DNA of 26,103 nucleotides from Octopus sinensis (GCF_006345805.1 NW_021835645.1:1-26103); one strand, 5' to 3'; shown: positions 9,353-20,945, counted from the first letter of the stretch. The notes: generated by a model not told the origin, from the sequence alone. Program-made: numbers and translations.

Positions 9353-9683
9353 GGATCTTTATGGTTTGAATAGCAGTTTTTTTTAGCGCTGTCATATGAA
9401 ATTGTCACCCATAATTATGACCCTAGTATCGATCTATTGCATTTCAATGTCTTTTAGTGTTAAGGTTAGGGTGGGGAGAAGGGTATCTCTTTTTTTTTCA
9501 GAAATGTAAATAAACCCAATCTGTTTCTTAAACGAGGGACATATTCATACGGCACAGAATGTTTGTTTTTTTACCTCAATGGACGTCATTGATTGGTTGA
9601 AATTGCAGAAATTGAAGAAAAAACAACAACAAATATCTAACAAACTATAGAATTTTCTCAATAAAGCCAAGAGAAAAAGATGT
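9353..9683. mobile_element. Probable MITE / non-autonomous DNA transposon fragment (one end only)
   Basis: Begins ggatctttatggtttgaatagcagtttttt, which I recall as a terminus of an abundant octopus repeat. The second TIR is not found. Confidence 0.4.
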
Positions 9684-9980
9684 TGGGATTTCGACTCTAA
9701 ATTTTTAACCGCACATGTACAATTTATTTAGGAGAATGAAATGTCATGCAGTAGTGTTTATTGGTTATGGAATGCCGCCATCCCCCTCGACACCGACCGC
9801 CACGCCCTTCACACTGTTTATAAAACATTATTTTGCCTCAGGAAAGAAATGAAATAATTATAACAGCTACAACACTAATGTGACAATAAGAACAAAAGCA
9901 GCAATAACTATGTCGACGACGTCAATAGCAGTAACAACATTAGCAACAACGATAGCAACCACAGAGACAGCAACTACAGC

Positions 9981-10300
9981 AGGCGCAATGGCCCAGTGGT
10001 TAGGGCAGCGGACTCACGGTTTCGATTCCCAGACCGGGCGTTGTGTGTGTTTATTGAGCGAAAACACCTAAAGCTCCACGAGGCTCCGACAGGGGGTGGT
10101 GGCGACCCCTGTTGTACTCATTTGCTCCAACTTTCTCTCACTCTTTCTTCCTGTTTCTTGTCCCCGACTTCCTACGCAACCGCTGAGCCTGGATGCGCAT
10201 TCATCCATCCGTCGATGCTCTCGGTGTCGGGGGTTGACCTGCTCTCTCTTCTGCGGGTCTTACGAATAGCAAAGGACTACGTTTCGGACTTCTCCCACAA
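9981..10300 (+). mobile_element. tRNA-derived SINE E (tRNA-Arg-like head), tail type 1
   Basis: aggcgcaaTGGCCCAGTGGttagggcagcggactc...ggtTTCGATTCCcag; shares head and middle with 11757-12023. Confidence 0.8.
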
Positions 10301-10530
10301 AGGGACGAAGACCGCTTCGCTCAACAGCAGCAACAACAACAACCACCGCGATAACAGCAACAGAGACAGCAGTAACAAAGAGACTCTCTGTGGTCGGTTA
10401 ATGAAGTATATGTGAATCTTGCTGAAAATCAAATTGTATCGTCTTCGGAGAATGATGTAATCCTAGGTACACTCTCAAGATCTGAATAAAATGAGGTGGT
10501 CACAGCTAATGGAGCAGCAATGCTTTAGGA

Positions 10531-11045
10531 CAGGGGTGGGGAAACTTTTTAGTGCGGCGGACAAAAAATTTCCAAAGAAAAAGGTCCGCGAGCGGATCAC
10601 AGGTTGTAACTTTTATATCTGTGTAAATCTTGTAAATATCTATGTATAATTCGATATACATTAATAAAGATAAGTTTAGCACATTAACTTAATGTGTAAC
10701 ATCTTCATTAACGCTGCCACTGAATTTAGGATGTTTATATTACTTATGAGGTATTCTATATTTTTCAGCTAGAGTATAGTTGGGTCTCAAGGGGTTTATA
10801 CAAACCTAACAATATGTGTTATATAGTGAAAACAAAATTTCCATTCAAATAGCAGTTACCTGATGATTTTCTGTTTGAGTCTAACCGTCTTAAGTCGTAG
10901 TGGAAACGCCACCTATTGTCACAAATAGGCATAAGAATATTGTATAAATTTTATGATTGAAAAATTTGCTATATTTTGTACATACGAATATACCAGTCTG
11001 CGGGTGCAATAAAATGGGTTCGCGAACAAAATTGCGCCCGCGGTC
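10531..11045 (+). mobile_element. hAT-type MITE, right end truncated
   Basis: Starts caggggtggggaaacttttt..gcgg, a typical hAT (Charlie-like) terminus. Subterminal gcgcccgcgg at 11034-11043, then interrupted by a SINE fragment. Confidence 0.5.
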
Positions 11046-11140
11046 GATTAATTAGGTACCTGTTGCACACTGGAGTCGATCTAATCGACTGGTCCCCTTC
11101 TCCAAAATTTCGGGCTTTGTGTCAAGAGAAGAAAAGCTAG
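11046..11140 (+). mobile_element. SINE B 3' fragment
   Basis: ctggagtcgatctaatcgactggtccccttctccaaaatttcgggctttgtg. Confidence 0.7.
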
Positions 11141-11486
11141 TATTTACATGAATAATTTTGATAGTGGGCATTCTATGCGGTATTTGTCTCGGCTCTTTGC
11201 TTTCGGTGTTCAAATCCTGTCTTCGGCTATACAGAAGGGTGTAGACTTAATCTAAAACTCGATGTTATGGCAGCTCAACCTGGTATCTTGGATACATTCG
11301 CAGTCGTCTACTTTGTTGCAAGCATTCCACCAGCTCTCTGATTTGAGGATATTTTTGCTCTTTTATTCCCCACCAGTTTCAAAGAATATTTAAAGGATTA
11401 TGGGAACTTATTAGTCGCATAACAATACCAGATTACTACAATGTTAAACAGGAGCTACAAAGACGAAATATAATATTAATCATTCC

Positions 11487-11698
11487 AAGGCGGCGAGCTG
11501 GAAGCATCATTGACGCGTCGGACCAAATACTCAACAGCATTTCTTCTGACTCATTACTCTCTGAAATCAAATTCCAGGTTGACTTTGCGTTTTATCCTTT
11601 CGGAATCGATAAAATAAGAACTAGCTGAACGTTGTAGTCGATGTAATCGGCTTACCCGTTTCCTAAAATTGCTGGCCGTCTGCCAAAAGTTGAAGATG
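11487..11698 (+). mobile_element. Diverged full-length SINE B
   Basis: aaggcggcgagctgg head, gttgactttgcgttttatcctttcggaatcgataaaataag body. Confidence 0.75.
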
Positions 11699-11756
11699 TT
11701 ACATAATCTATTTGTAAATAACACAACCACAACTAGTGTGAAGCATGATCCTCACT

Positions 11757-12023
11757 TTGTTTTGTTTGTTCCTTCTCGAGCCATGCCTGGCTCATAAGGG
11801 CCGGTTTCCCGGTTTCCTTGGCGTATAGGTTCCCCGCCTGGATGGGACGCCGTCCGTCGCAGGTGAGTTGCAAGATGCAGGAGGAAAGATTGAGAGAAAG
11901 TTGTGGCGAAAGAGTCAGCAGAAGTTTATCATTACCTTCTGCCAGAGCCGTGTGAAACTTAGGTGTTTCGCTCATAAACATATACATCGCCCCGCGAGTC
12001 CGCTGCTCTAACCACTTGGCCAC
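11757..12023 (-). mobile_element. SINE E, tail type 2; internal deletion removes the B box
   Basis: Sense gtggccaagtggttagagcagcggactcgcg|gggcgatg...ggctcgagaaggaacaaacaa. Confidence 0.8.
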
Positions 12024-12714
12024 ACACACACACATATATATATATATAAGTATATATCACGTTCTGAGTTCAAACACACATATATGGGGCACTCGTCTGT
12101 AAAAGTACTTACTATATATATATATATCGTTTTCTACTGCGATCCCCGTGATCTAAGGTTAGCTTCACTGATTCTATCTTTGCTCAAGCCCGCTCAACTT
12201 ACTCCTCTTTCCTCATCCCGTCACTCATATTCTGAATATTCTGAACCTTGTCGTGTCTTAGCTACAACATCCAGTCGTTCCTTTCTTCATTCCATCCTTG
12301 CCTTTATTTTACCTGCAGTCGCCAGTCGTAGACTAACAACTATACGAGAGGAACATTAATCGTGTTTAAGCAATGGACTTCGAGAAGACAGAGAAATATT
12401 AAGATCTTTCAGATCAGGCGGGTGGCGGTACTTGGCAGTTTGAGAATAACCTGACTATTATTGACCTCCATGTTAAATTCTACTTTTTGGATGTTATTAA
12501 AGACGACGATAACATATATAGTGAAATTATATTGAATCTCGGCATATTAGCAACCATGTTTTATATTCACTGATTACACCATGTCTCGCTCGAATTCGAA
12601 AACCGCCAATATCCAACACTACCTCGGCACTGTTATTATTAGTGAGATGACCCTTAACTTGCTCCATGAGAAAAATAATCTCATATTTTAAAGGCTCGTT
12701 AAGAACGGCTTACG

Positions 12715-12885
12715 CTTTTACTTGTTTCAGTCACTGAAATTCAGCCATGCTGGGGTACCACTTTGAGATCAGAGTTAATTGCCAGTCTTCCATGGTACTA
12801 ATTTCAGCTGAGTAAACTGGAGCAACTCGAAGTGGCTCAAGGAAGAAACACATCGCCCGTCCAGAAATTGAATACACGATCTAAC
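12715..12885 (-). mobile_element. Degenerate SINE with D-type tail and C-type CORE-like segment
   Basis: cttttacttgtttcagtca..gccatgctgggg, then cagctgagtaaactggagcaac. Confidence 0.5.
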
Positions 12886-12912
12886 CATCTTGAAACTTAA
12901 AATCATTTATAT

Positions 12913-13295
12913 TTATTACCTCCGCCTTAGCAAAGGCGGAGTTATTGTTTTCAGCCGTGTTTGTTTGCCCGTGGACAAGATATCTCAAGAACCGCTGGGT
13001 GGATTCGGATAAAACTTTCAGGGATGTTTGGCCCCGTGACTGGCACGATCTGATTAGATTTTGGGTATCGATCCGGTGCTGGACAAGGATTCTGGATTAT
13101 TTTTCCTGTTATTATTTTTTTTACTTAATTTTTGAGAACCTTCAGGTTTATTTTTAGTATTCTCGTTTGTGAGAGCAGTCGAATTTATTTCAGATATTCT
13201 CATTTTAAAAATCATCTCCAGCTAATCATTGAGAGGATGCTGGCGTTGCCTTGGCGAAGGTTTGCGATGTGACCACACAGGCAGTTTGAGTTGTT
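12913..13295 (+). mobile_element. Non-autonomous DINE-1/Helentron-like (HINE) element
   Basis: Starts ttattACCTCCGCC with hairpin ctccgcc-ttagcaaa-ggcggag (12920-12941) and a gtttgtttg tract; 3' subterminal inverted copy ccttggcgaaggt at 13249-13261. Confidence 0.7.
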
Positions 13296-13340
13296 TCTTG
13301 TCGTGTTAGACGTAAGTCATAGTGGTAAATATTTGTTTGG

Positions 13341-13803
13341 TTGATTGTTACTGTTCAAATTGTTGCTAGACTGGAGAAAACGCCAGCAGGTTGCCACAGT
13401 TATGCGGCTGCAACTGGAAAAGGGATAGACGTAAAAACGCTGGAAGTACAAGAAATGAAGGTTGAACCTCGAAAAATGAAGGAATGCGAGAAGTTTCTGG
13501 AAAGAGACGGAACAGGTAAAGAGAAAAGAAAGGAAAGGAAAATTTCGATAGAATTTTGTGGCGAACGCAAAAGGCAAAGAAACTGAAAAGAAAGTATTAA
13601 AGAATAAACATATTGTAAGAATAACGTTGCCCGCCGATGTGTATTCCGAGAATATGAAGGCCATCGTAGTTGACAAGGACACCTATAACAGACTAAAAGA
13701 CATGTGTGGAGAAGGGATTGACCCGCCAGGAGCGAAGGTGGACTTCGATGAATTGCCACCTGTAATGGAGCTAAAAGATTTAGAACCTTTCATGAGATAT
13801 TAA
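13341..13803 (+). pseudogene. Orphan coding-like fragment (~150 aa if one +1 frameshift near 13555 is corrected), origin unknown
   Basis: Two overlapping ORFs join at gaattttgtggcg. Non-repetitive peptide ends ...GIDPPGAKVDFDELPPVMELKDLEPFMRY with a tandem TAATAA stop. Confidence 0.35.
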
Positions 13804-14170
13804 TAAGGAAAAAGTAAGTAAAATTGTTTTATTGAAGAAAGAGAGAAGAAAAAAAGAAAAATTGTTTCTTAAAAAACAAAAAAAAAAGAGGGATGAACGA
13901 GATTAAGAAAAAACCGTAAGATGATAGAACGATTGTAAATAGTTTATATAAACATTCAACTGGGTACTGCATGGGATTGGGGCCCATGAAGCCCTTTCAT
14001 TTTTCATTTTTATATAGCATCTCATTTTCATTCGTTTTATGTTTTTTTGTCCCCACTGTGGTATTGAATCCTGTCTTTGCAGCGCCCCACCTCTGTGTTG
14101 TGGCCGTAGTACCAAAATTAAAGAAACATTGGCGGAGATTTACGCTCCCTGGGTGCTTATTCTTCTTTTA

Positions 14171-14369
14171 TCTTTTTACTCATTTCAGTCATTTGACTGC
14201 GGCCAAGCTGGAGCACCACCCTAAAGGAGTTTTTAATCGAATAAAACGACCTCAGACTTATTCTTTGTAAGATTAGTAGTACTTCTCAATCGGTCTATCT
14301 TTTGCCGAACTGCTAAGTTACAGGGATGTAAACACACCAACATTGGTCGTTAAACGATGGTAGTGAGCA

Positions 14370-14406
<37 letters not shown>
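14171..14406 (-). mobile_element. SINE D 3' half plus its internal (CA)n
   Basis: cagtcatttgactgcggccaagctggagcacc...ttttgccgaactgctaagttac. Confidence 0.85.
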
Positions 14407-14412
<6 letters not shown>

Positions 14413-14498
14413 TTAAAAATAAATATGAGAACGATAATATTTAAAAAAATATTATCGTTTGGGGCCGCGAGCATAAGACGTACAGGCAAATTGATAAT

Positions 14499-14529
<31 letters not shown>

Positions 14530-14833
14530 CCAGGGTACTACATAAGCACCTGTTTCGCTAAAAATAGAAGTTAAAATACTTCAAAACTACAGAAGAATCG
14601 CTAAATTAATACAGGCAATAATAGGAAAGAATTTTAGGGAACTAGAATAGTGTCCTACCTCGGCCAAGAATGCAAGAGGAAAGCTGATTAATTCGTTATT
14701 ATGATTTCTAATTTAGCGCCAAAAGCTGCCTGATTCTCCTCAGTCAAATCTGCCAGTGAAGACTACTACAATTTGTTTCTACCATGCCTGTAAATTCATT
14801 TGAGTAGTCCAACACCATTGAAACAGACGAAAT

Positions 14834-15243
14834 ACGATGGGCTTCTTTTAGTTTCTTATTTTTTATTGCCCACAAGGGGCTAAACACAGAGGGGACAAAC
14901 AAGGACAGACAAACGGATTAAGTCGATTACATCGACCCTAGTGCGAAACTGGTACTTAATTTATCGACCCTGAAAGGATGAAAGGCAAAGTCGACCTTAG
15001 CGGAATTTGAACGCAGAACGTAACGACAGACGAAATCCCGCTAAGTATTTCGCCCGGCGCGCTAACGTTTTTGCCAGCTCGCCGCCTTCTTTCAGTTTCT
15101 GTCAACCAAATATGCAGACAGGGCTTTGGTTGGCCCGAGGCAATAATAAAAAGATACTTGCCCAAGGTGCCAAGCAATGGGAATGAACCAGGAATCATTT
15201 GGTTGGTAAAGGAAACTTCTTACCACACAGCCACTCCTGTGCC
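14834..15243 (-). mobile_element. SINE D 5' half (tRNA head plus CORE-like domain), interrupted by SINE A
   Basis: gggcttcttt|cagtttctgtcaaccaaat...acttgcccaaggtgcc...ttaccacacagccac. Confidence 0.85.
14857..15085 (-). mobile_element. Full-length SINE A nested in SINE D, 15-bp TSD
   Basis: cttcttttagtttct (14842-14856) / cttctttcagtttct (15086-15100). Confidence 0.92.
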
Positions 15244-15324
15244 GTTTTTATGTGTTATTTATAGAAAAGTCACAAATTATTTAATTTAATCACTTATCTA
15301 TTTTAAAATGTTTTTTATTTCTTA

Positions 15325-15545
15325 TCTTTTACTTGTGTCACAGTCATTTAACTGTGACCATGCTGGGGCAACATCCATGAGGAATTTTAGTCGAATGAAC
15401 GACACCAGTACTTTTCTTTTGAAGCCTGATATTTAATTTATTGTTTTCTTTTGCCGAACCGCTAGTTTACAAAACGGAAATGTACCAACACCGGTGATGG
15501 TGATGGGACAAACACAAACAACGTCCCCAAACACACACTCACACT
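15325..15545 (-). mobile_element. SINE D 3' half
   Basis: tcttttacttg..cagtcatttaactgtgaccatgctgggg...ttttgccgaaccgctag. Confidence 0.8.
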
Positions 15546-15742
15546 CTAGTATAAAGGTCATCTGCACGTCTAGTTGCAAACATTTACATATCTTTCGACG
15601 AGACAGATTTATGCATCAAGATATTTGAACCGTTGTGCTGCGTGTTGGGACCGAACTAGGAATCATGTGAATTCAGCTCGGCTTTTAACTGCAAAATACA
15701 GCTATGAGATATTTAAAATAATATGCAAACAAACATTATATA

Positions 15743-15975
15743 TATTTCTTTACTACCCACAAGGGGCTAAACATAGAGGGGACAAACAAGGACTGACAAA
15801 GGGATTAAGTCGATTACATCGACCCCAGTGTGTAACTGGTACTTAATTTATCGACCCCGAAAGGATGAAAGGCAAAGTCGACCTCGGCGGAATTTGAACT
15901 CAGAACGTAACGGCAGACGAAAAACGACTACGCATTTCGCCTGGCGTGCTAACGTTTCTGCCAGCTCGCCGCCTT
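15743..15975 (-). mobile_element. Full-length SINE A with degenerate TSD
   Basis: Flanks ataatatgcaaacaaacattata / ataatatgcgaacattaca. Confidence 0.92.
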
Positions 15976-16199
15976 ATAATATGCGAACATTACATATTAA
16001 TAGCAAAACGCAGATTTAGTCAAATATAATAGGTTCACGTTATATTAAGAGTCCTAAAAGAGTCCAGAGTGTCAATAGTTTTGACCTTTGCCTTGCAAAT
16101 CTATAAAAACATATTTTGTCACTCATTCTGAGATTGACTTGCCTGTGTCAGCGGGGTCAGAGTTCAAGTAGATTATTGTATTTTCTACTCTCTCTCCCA

Positions 16200-16526
16200 C
16201 CCTCTCTATCTCTATCTGTTATACACGGACAGACAGGCAGAGAGATAGACAGACAAGCGTATGTATGCCTAATTGTGTGTATCTATACGCACATGCATTC
16301 ACACATACATACATACATACATATATATGGACACACGCATCCGCATACACATACACATCTCTGTTTGTGTCTGCCCCCCTCCATCTGTATACACACACAT
16401 ATATTAATGATTTGTGTGTGTTTGTGTGTGCGCGTGTGTATATATATATATATATATACACATACACACACAAACACACATATACACATACACACACACA
16501 CATATATATTATACTATGTATATGTA

Positions 16527-16599
<73 letters not shown>

Positions 16600-16797
16600 A
16601 CATATTATGTGTAAATATATACGTGTATGTGTAACTAAATGCCTCAGACACTTTGAATGGTTAGCTGGCAAAGAACAACAACGGCAAATACACCGAAGGA
16701 AACAATTCTACACAAGACCAACAGCAATAAATTTACCGATATAAAAAGGAAAATATATGAAATTATTTTCGAAAATTACACATGAAATAATAAAAAA

Positions 16798-16877
<80 letters not shown>

Positions 16878-16910
16878 ATATGCGCGTGTGCGTGCGTGTG
16901 TGTGTATTTT
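16200..16910. repeat. Cluster of (CA)/(TA)/(TG) microsatellites
   Basis: Direct. Confidence 0.9.
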
Positions 16911-17204
16911 TGAACAAAGAACGAGGGGAAAATGTTTATAGCACCCATGAGAGGAAAATAGCGTTGTTACAGTACGCTGTACCGCTCTCCCAGATGGCTG
17001 GATGCGTGCTCAAGGGTGACTAGGGTGGAACCGATCCACGTTAGTGAGTATATAATTAAAGTTAAGTGTGGACGAAATCAGTCAACCGTAGAAAATAACG
17101 AACAAATTATAAGGTTATTTCGTTAGAGAAGGCAGACCGGTGGAGCGTGACACAACGAGCAGTTTTGTGCAGTCATTATCCGGCAGTGGTTGAGTTTGTG
17201 TGTA

Positions 17205-17735
17205 GATCGGATCTTATCTCTTGATCAAACAGACGTATAAATATTAAATGATCAAAAGAGTTCCGGCCGTGACCATCCAGTCTTTTATTCAGGCATAATG
17301 TATTTAAGCTTACATTATTGTCATCGTTGATATTGCTGTTTGTTTAATCCCACTCCCACCCCATATCAATCCTGATACAGCAGATTTGTGATTAGTGATT
17401 CTCCATCTGTGACCATCATGTCTTTTTATCCAGACAGAGCGTGTCTGGGATTTCGTTAGTTATCTAATACGTTTTTCCTTGTTGTTGTTTAGTCCAAATT
17501 CATCCCTGATTCAGCAGACTAATGGTTAAATGATGACGATGACTATGGCAACTTCCAAATATAGTTTTATCTGAAATAAGATTATCTAATGTAAAGAACA
17601 GCGGTCGATATTGGCAGCTATAATTCTCGTTGTTTCGCCCCGAGTCAGTTCAGATCCAAACGGAGCTATGAGCAAAGACGTTCCATCCATGACCATTCGG
17701 TGTTTTTAGACAGTGTGTGTCCATAATCATTACAT
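17205..17735 (+). repeat. Degenerate tandem repeat with recurring ctgat..cagcagac and gtgaccatc..gtctttt motifs
   Basis: gaccat motifs near 17270, 17410 and 17690; cctgat..cagcaga near 17370 and 17505. Confidence 0.55.
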
Positions 17736-17784
17736 TATACAAAATATTTCTTTTTCTTTTCTCCATTAAAAACTGTTAGATGCA

Positions 17785-17985
17785 ATTTGAGAGAGAGAGA
17801 GAGGGGGGGAGAGAAAAGGGAGGGAGGGAGAGAGAAAAGGGAGGGAGGGAGAGAGAAAAGGGAGTGAGGGAAGGACAGAAAGGGAGAGAGTGGGAGAGAG
17901 AGAGGGAGAGAGAAAAGGGGAGTGAGGGAGAGACAGAAAGGGATAGAATGGCAGAGAGAGAGAGAGAGAAAGGTGAGGGTGAGAG
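17785..17985. repeat. GA-rich homopurine tract with a 21-bp internal repeat (gagagaaaagggagggaggga)
   Basis: Direct. Confidence 0.9.
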
Positions 17986-18209
17986 ATCTAGCTGCCGTTT
18001 CTAGCAAGTCTAGTGAACCCACAGTGTTCCCTCCCTCATCACCAGCACAATAGCCTCGGCGAATTATAAGGTGATTTCGTTAGATACGAAAAACCAGCGG
18101 AGCGTGATATAAGCTGTTTGTGCACTCGTTATCTGGCTGTGGTGGCCGTTTATAACAAGGTTACGAAATTGCTGGAATAAAGATGGCGACTAATTTAATT
18201 CCATGTCAC

Positions 18210-18429
18210 AGATCATCGTCGACGTCGTCGTCGTCATCTTTGTCCTCGTTGTCTTTATCGTCATCGCAGCCGCTACCACCACCACCACCACCACCACCAC
18301 CATCATCATCATCATTAACATCATCGTCATCATCATTGTCATCATTATCATCGTCATGATCACCATCGCCATCAACATCACTACCGCAACTTCCCCCGCT
18401 TCTTCCCCTCTCCTCCTCCTCCTCCTCCT

Positions 18430-18460
<31 letters not shown>

Positions 18461-18462
18461 AC
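18210..18462. repeat. Mosaic trinucleotide tract (CAT/CAC/CTC/CAG/GTC)
   Basis: Direct; explains ORFs 18190-18468 and 18203-18553. Confidence 0.9.
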
Positions 18463-18507
18463 TATCATTAATGGGGTTGGTCCATTAACAGTGGAAAGAA
18501 ATATTTG

Positions 18508-18685
18508 CAGTATTTCTTCCGGCTCTTCACGTTCTGAGTTCGAATTTGGCTGAGGTTAAATTAATGTTTTTCTTCCCTTGATGGACGATAAAATAAAGTA
18601 CCAGCGAAGTACTAGGCCGATGTAATCGACCTTCGCTTCCTCCTATAATTGCTGACCTGGTGCCTACATTAGAAATGGATTATTA
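18508..18685 (+). mobile_element. Diverged SINE B, 5'-truncated
   Basis: cacgttctgagttcgaattt...gataaaataaagtaccag...gatgtaatcgac...tggtgcctacattagaaa. Confidence 0.7.
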
Positions 18686-18907
18686 TCATGATTAACCACG
18701 ATCAGGTCTTTGACGGATCGAGCCTGGCACGCACAACTCGGGGTTCCAAACAGATGTTTGCGGCTTTCCAGCAGCACTTAGCCCGATTGTTCGGGACAAG
18801 CTAATGAAAAGAGTGGGCTAATCTTACTCAAAAATGGACCGCGAAGAAGCTGTCGCTGAAAAGGCGGGCAGAGGTGGAGAATGCCTAATATTGCCTCCGT
18901 TATTGTT

Positions 18908-19127
18908 GGCAGAAACGTTAGCACGCCGGGTGAAATGCGTAGCCGTATTTCGTCTGCCGTTACGTTCTGAGTTCAAATTCCGTCGAGGTCGACTTTACTT
19001 TTCATCCTTTCGGGGTCGATAAATTAAGTACCAGTTACGCACTGGGGTCGATATAATCGACTTAATCCGTTTGTCTGTCCTTGTGTGTCCCCTCTGTGTT
19101 TAGCCCCTTGTGGGTAGTAAAGAAATA
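18908..19127 (+). mobile_element. Near full-length SINE A with 9-bp TSD
   Basis: gttattgtt at 18899-18907 and 19128-19136. Confidence 0.93.
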
Positions 19128-19662
19128 GTTATTGTTTATCATCTGACTGTCGTACATTATCACAACTGCCGCCTGATCAGATTGGAGCATATTTTGTTCA
19201 GTTTCTATTCAAGCGATCCATCTACTGTAAGGAGTGTCTGCAGATACGCAGACACGTTATTTTGACACCAGGCGTTCACAGCCGTCTACGAGTCAAGCAA
19301 TGGAATCGGTGGATGTCTCACTCTAGCAATATATACCAAGGCGGTGTGAAATGTGACGTTGTTCTCGGAAACGCTGGGCGTCGATGAAAACGAACTGGCT
19401 AATCTGTTCTGGAAGACATTCTGATAGGAGCTATCATGAATAATTTCCGGAAGTCCATGACTTGGCAGTACTACCGAGGAACGCTTCCGACATGAGATAA
19501 ACTCTACATGCACGGATGTGCTGTCAGACGGATTTGCGCGCAGACGGAGGTGCGCGCAGGGCGACTAAACTATTCTGCACGGACTTGTTCAGTGTCCAGG
19601 CATTGCTGACTTGTGAAGTTTAATTTCGAACGGCTACTGTCGCGTGCGTGATGCGAAATGTG

Positions 19663-20311
19663 TTTCTCACGGGAGTTCTGGACCCCAGTTTTGAACTCAT
19701 TTGTAGACAACCAATCAGAGCTCAACTATCGAGCAAGTGTCTACCTAGTCACGAAAATACTCTGGTTGATTTCAGTGGAAAATGTGCGTCATAGCAAAAT
19801 CTAACAGTTCTAAACGGGTTAATAGAGGTGACAAATATGAAATTTAGTGCATAAAGTGAATGGAGAGCTGCTCACCGATGATGCCATAAGTATTGCCAAT
19901 TTACGTAATTTACTAGATAAATGAATGTATTTTCCTAATTTTTGACTGAATTGTACATTCCTAATTTAAAATTTTGGTGTTGATCTGGAAACATCGTAAT
20001 CAATATGGCGTTGTGTTGTATTGCGCCCTCCTTGCATATATCAATGGGTACATGCAGTATCACTAATCTCAGTCTAAGCATAAGTACCTTAATGCTAGCT
20101 CCATATAGAGATGGTGCTCAACTGATCTACGAGGATGATGGAGGGAATGTGGTGCTTCTGTGAGAACTGCTATGCTGTACTCACAGAGTGGCATACACCA
20201 TTCTGTGCCTGACTAGCTGTACTGTAGTAGTACTCAGTATATGGATTTTCAAGCTCTGATTGGCTGTATGTAAATGAGTTCATTACTGGGGTCCGGAACT
20301 CTCGTGAGAAA
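19663..20311. repeat. 60-bp inverted repeat pair (19663-19722 / 20252-20311) containing a CCAAT box
   Basis: 52/60 identical by hand alignment; 529-bp spacer. Confidence 0.85.
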
Positions 20312-20703
20312 AAATTCCACGTGCGGCGAAGATGGGTCCTGCTATCAGGGCGGGTAAGGCAGTTTCTTTTTTGGTAGCTGTATCAAAAGAGGTTGTCTGG
20401 TGGACAAGATAGGAAAATATGAAGGACAGAGACTTTCGCTTTGGTAGATCTCTAATCGACTTTTTCAAATTTCAAAGGAAAGTCATGTGGTGAAAGAAAG
20501 GAAAGGTGTTGTCCTCGAATGAATTTACTGAGAGGAGGGAGAAAGTTGTGAAAATGGCAAGAGTGGGTGGCACTTATTATTGTTTGGTTTTGGTCAAGTG
20601 AGTACTTAAAGCCGAGTGCGAGAAGTCAGATTAACACTCATAGGAGTTAATGTAGCAGCGAGGTTACATAGACATAACAGAGTTTACACTATTCTTTTAC
20701 CCT

Positions 20704-20945
20704 TTTTTTACTCTTTTACTTGTTTCAGTCATTGGACTGCGGCCATGCAGGGGCACAACCTCTGAAGAATTTATAGTCGAAATAATCAATCTCAGTACTT
20801 TTTTTAAAGCTGGGTACTTATTCTATCGGTCCCTTTTGCCGAACAGATTAGGTTACGAGGACATAAATACACCGACACCAGTTCTCAAGCCATAGTGGGG
20901 GGGGGGGACAAACACAGACACAAAGGCACACACACACGCACACAT
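20704..20945 (-). mobile_element. SINE D 3' half
   Basis: ctcttttacttgtttcagtcattggactgcggccatgc...ggggacaaacacagacaca. Confidence 0.85.

Noticed and set aside
12580-12690. HYLGTVII peptide reminiscent of the LINE RT YLG motif
   Set aside because: Single short motif with no flanking RT similarity in any frame.
18190-18553. Poly-Met/Arg/Val and poly-Thr/Ile/Leu ORFs
   Set aside because: Products of a trinucleotide mosaic; no splice or domain support.
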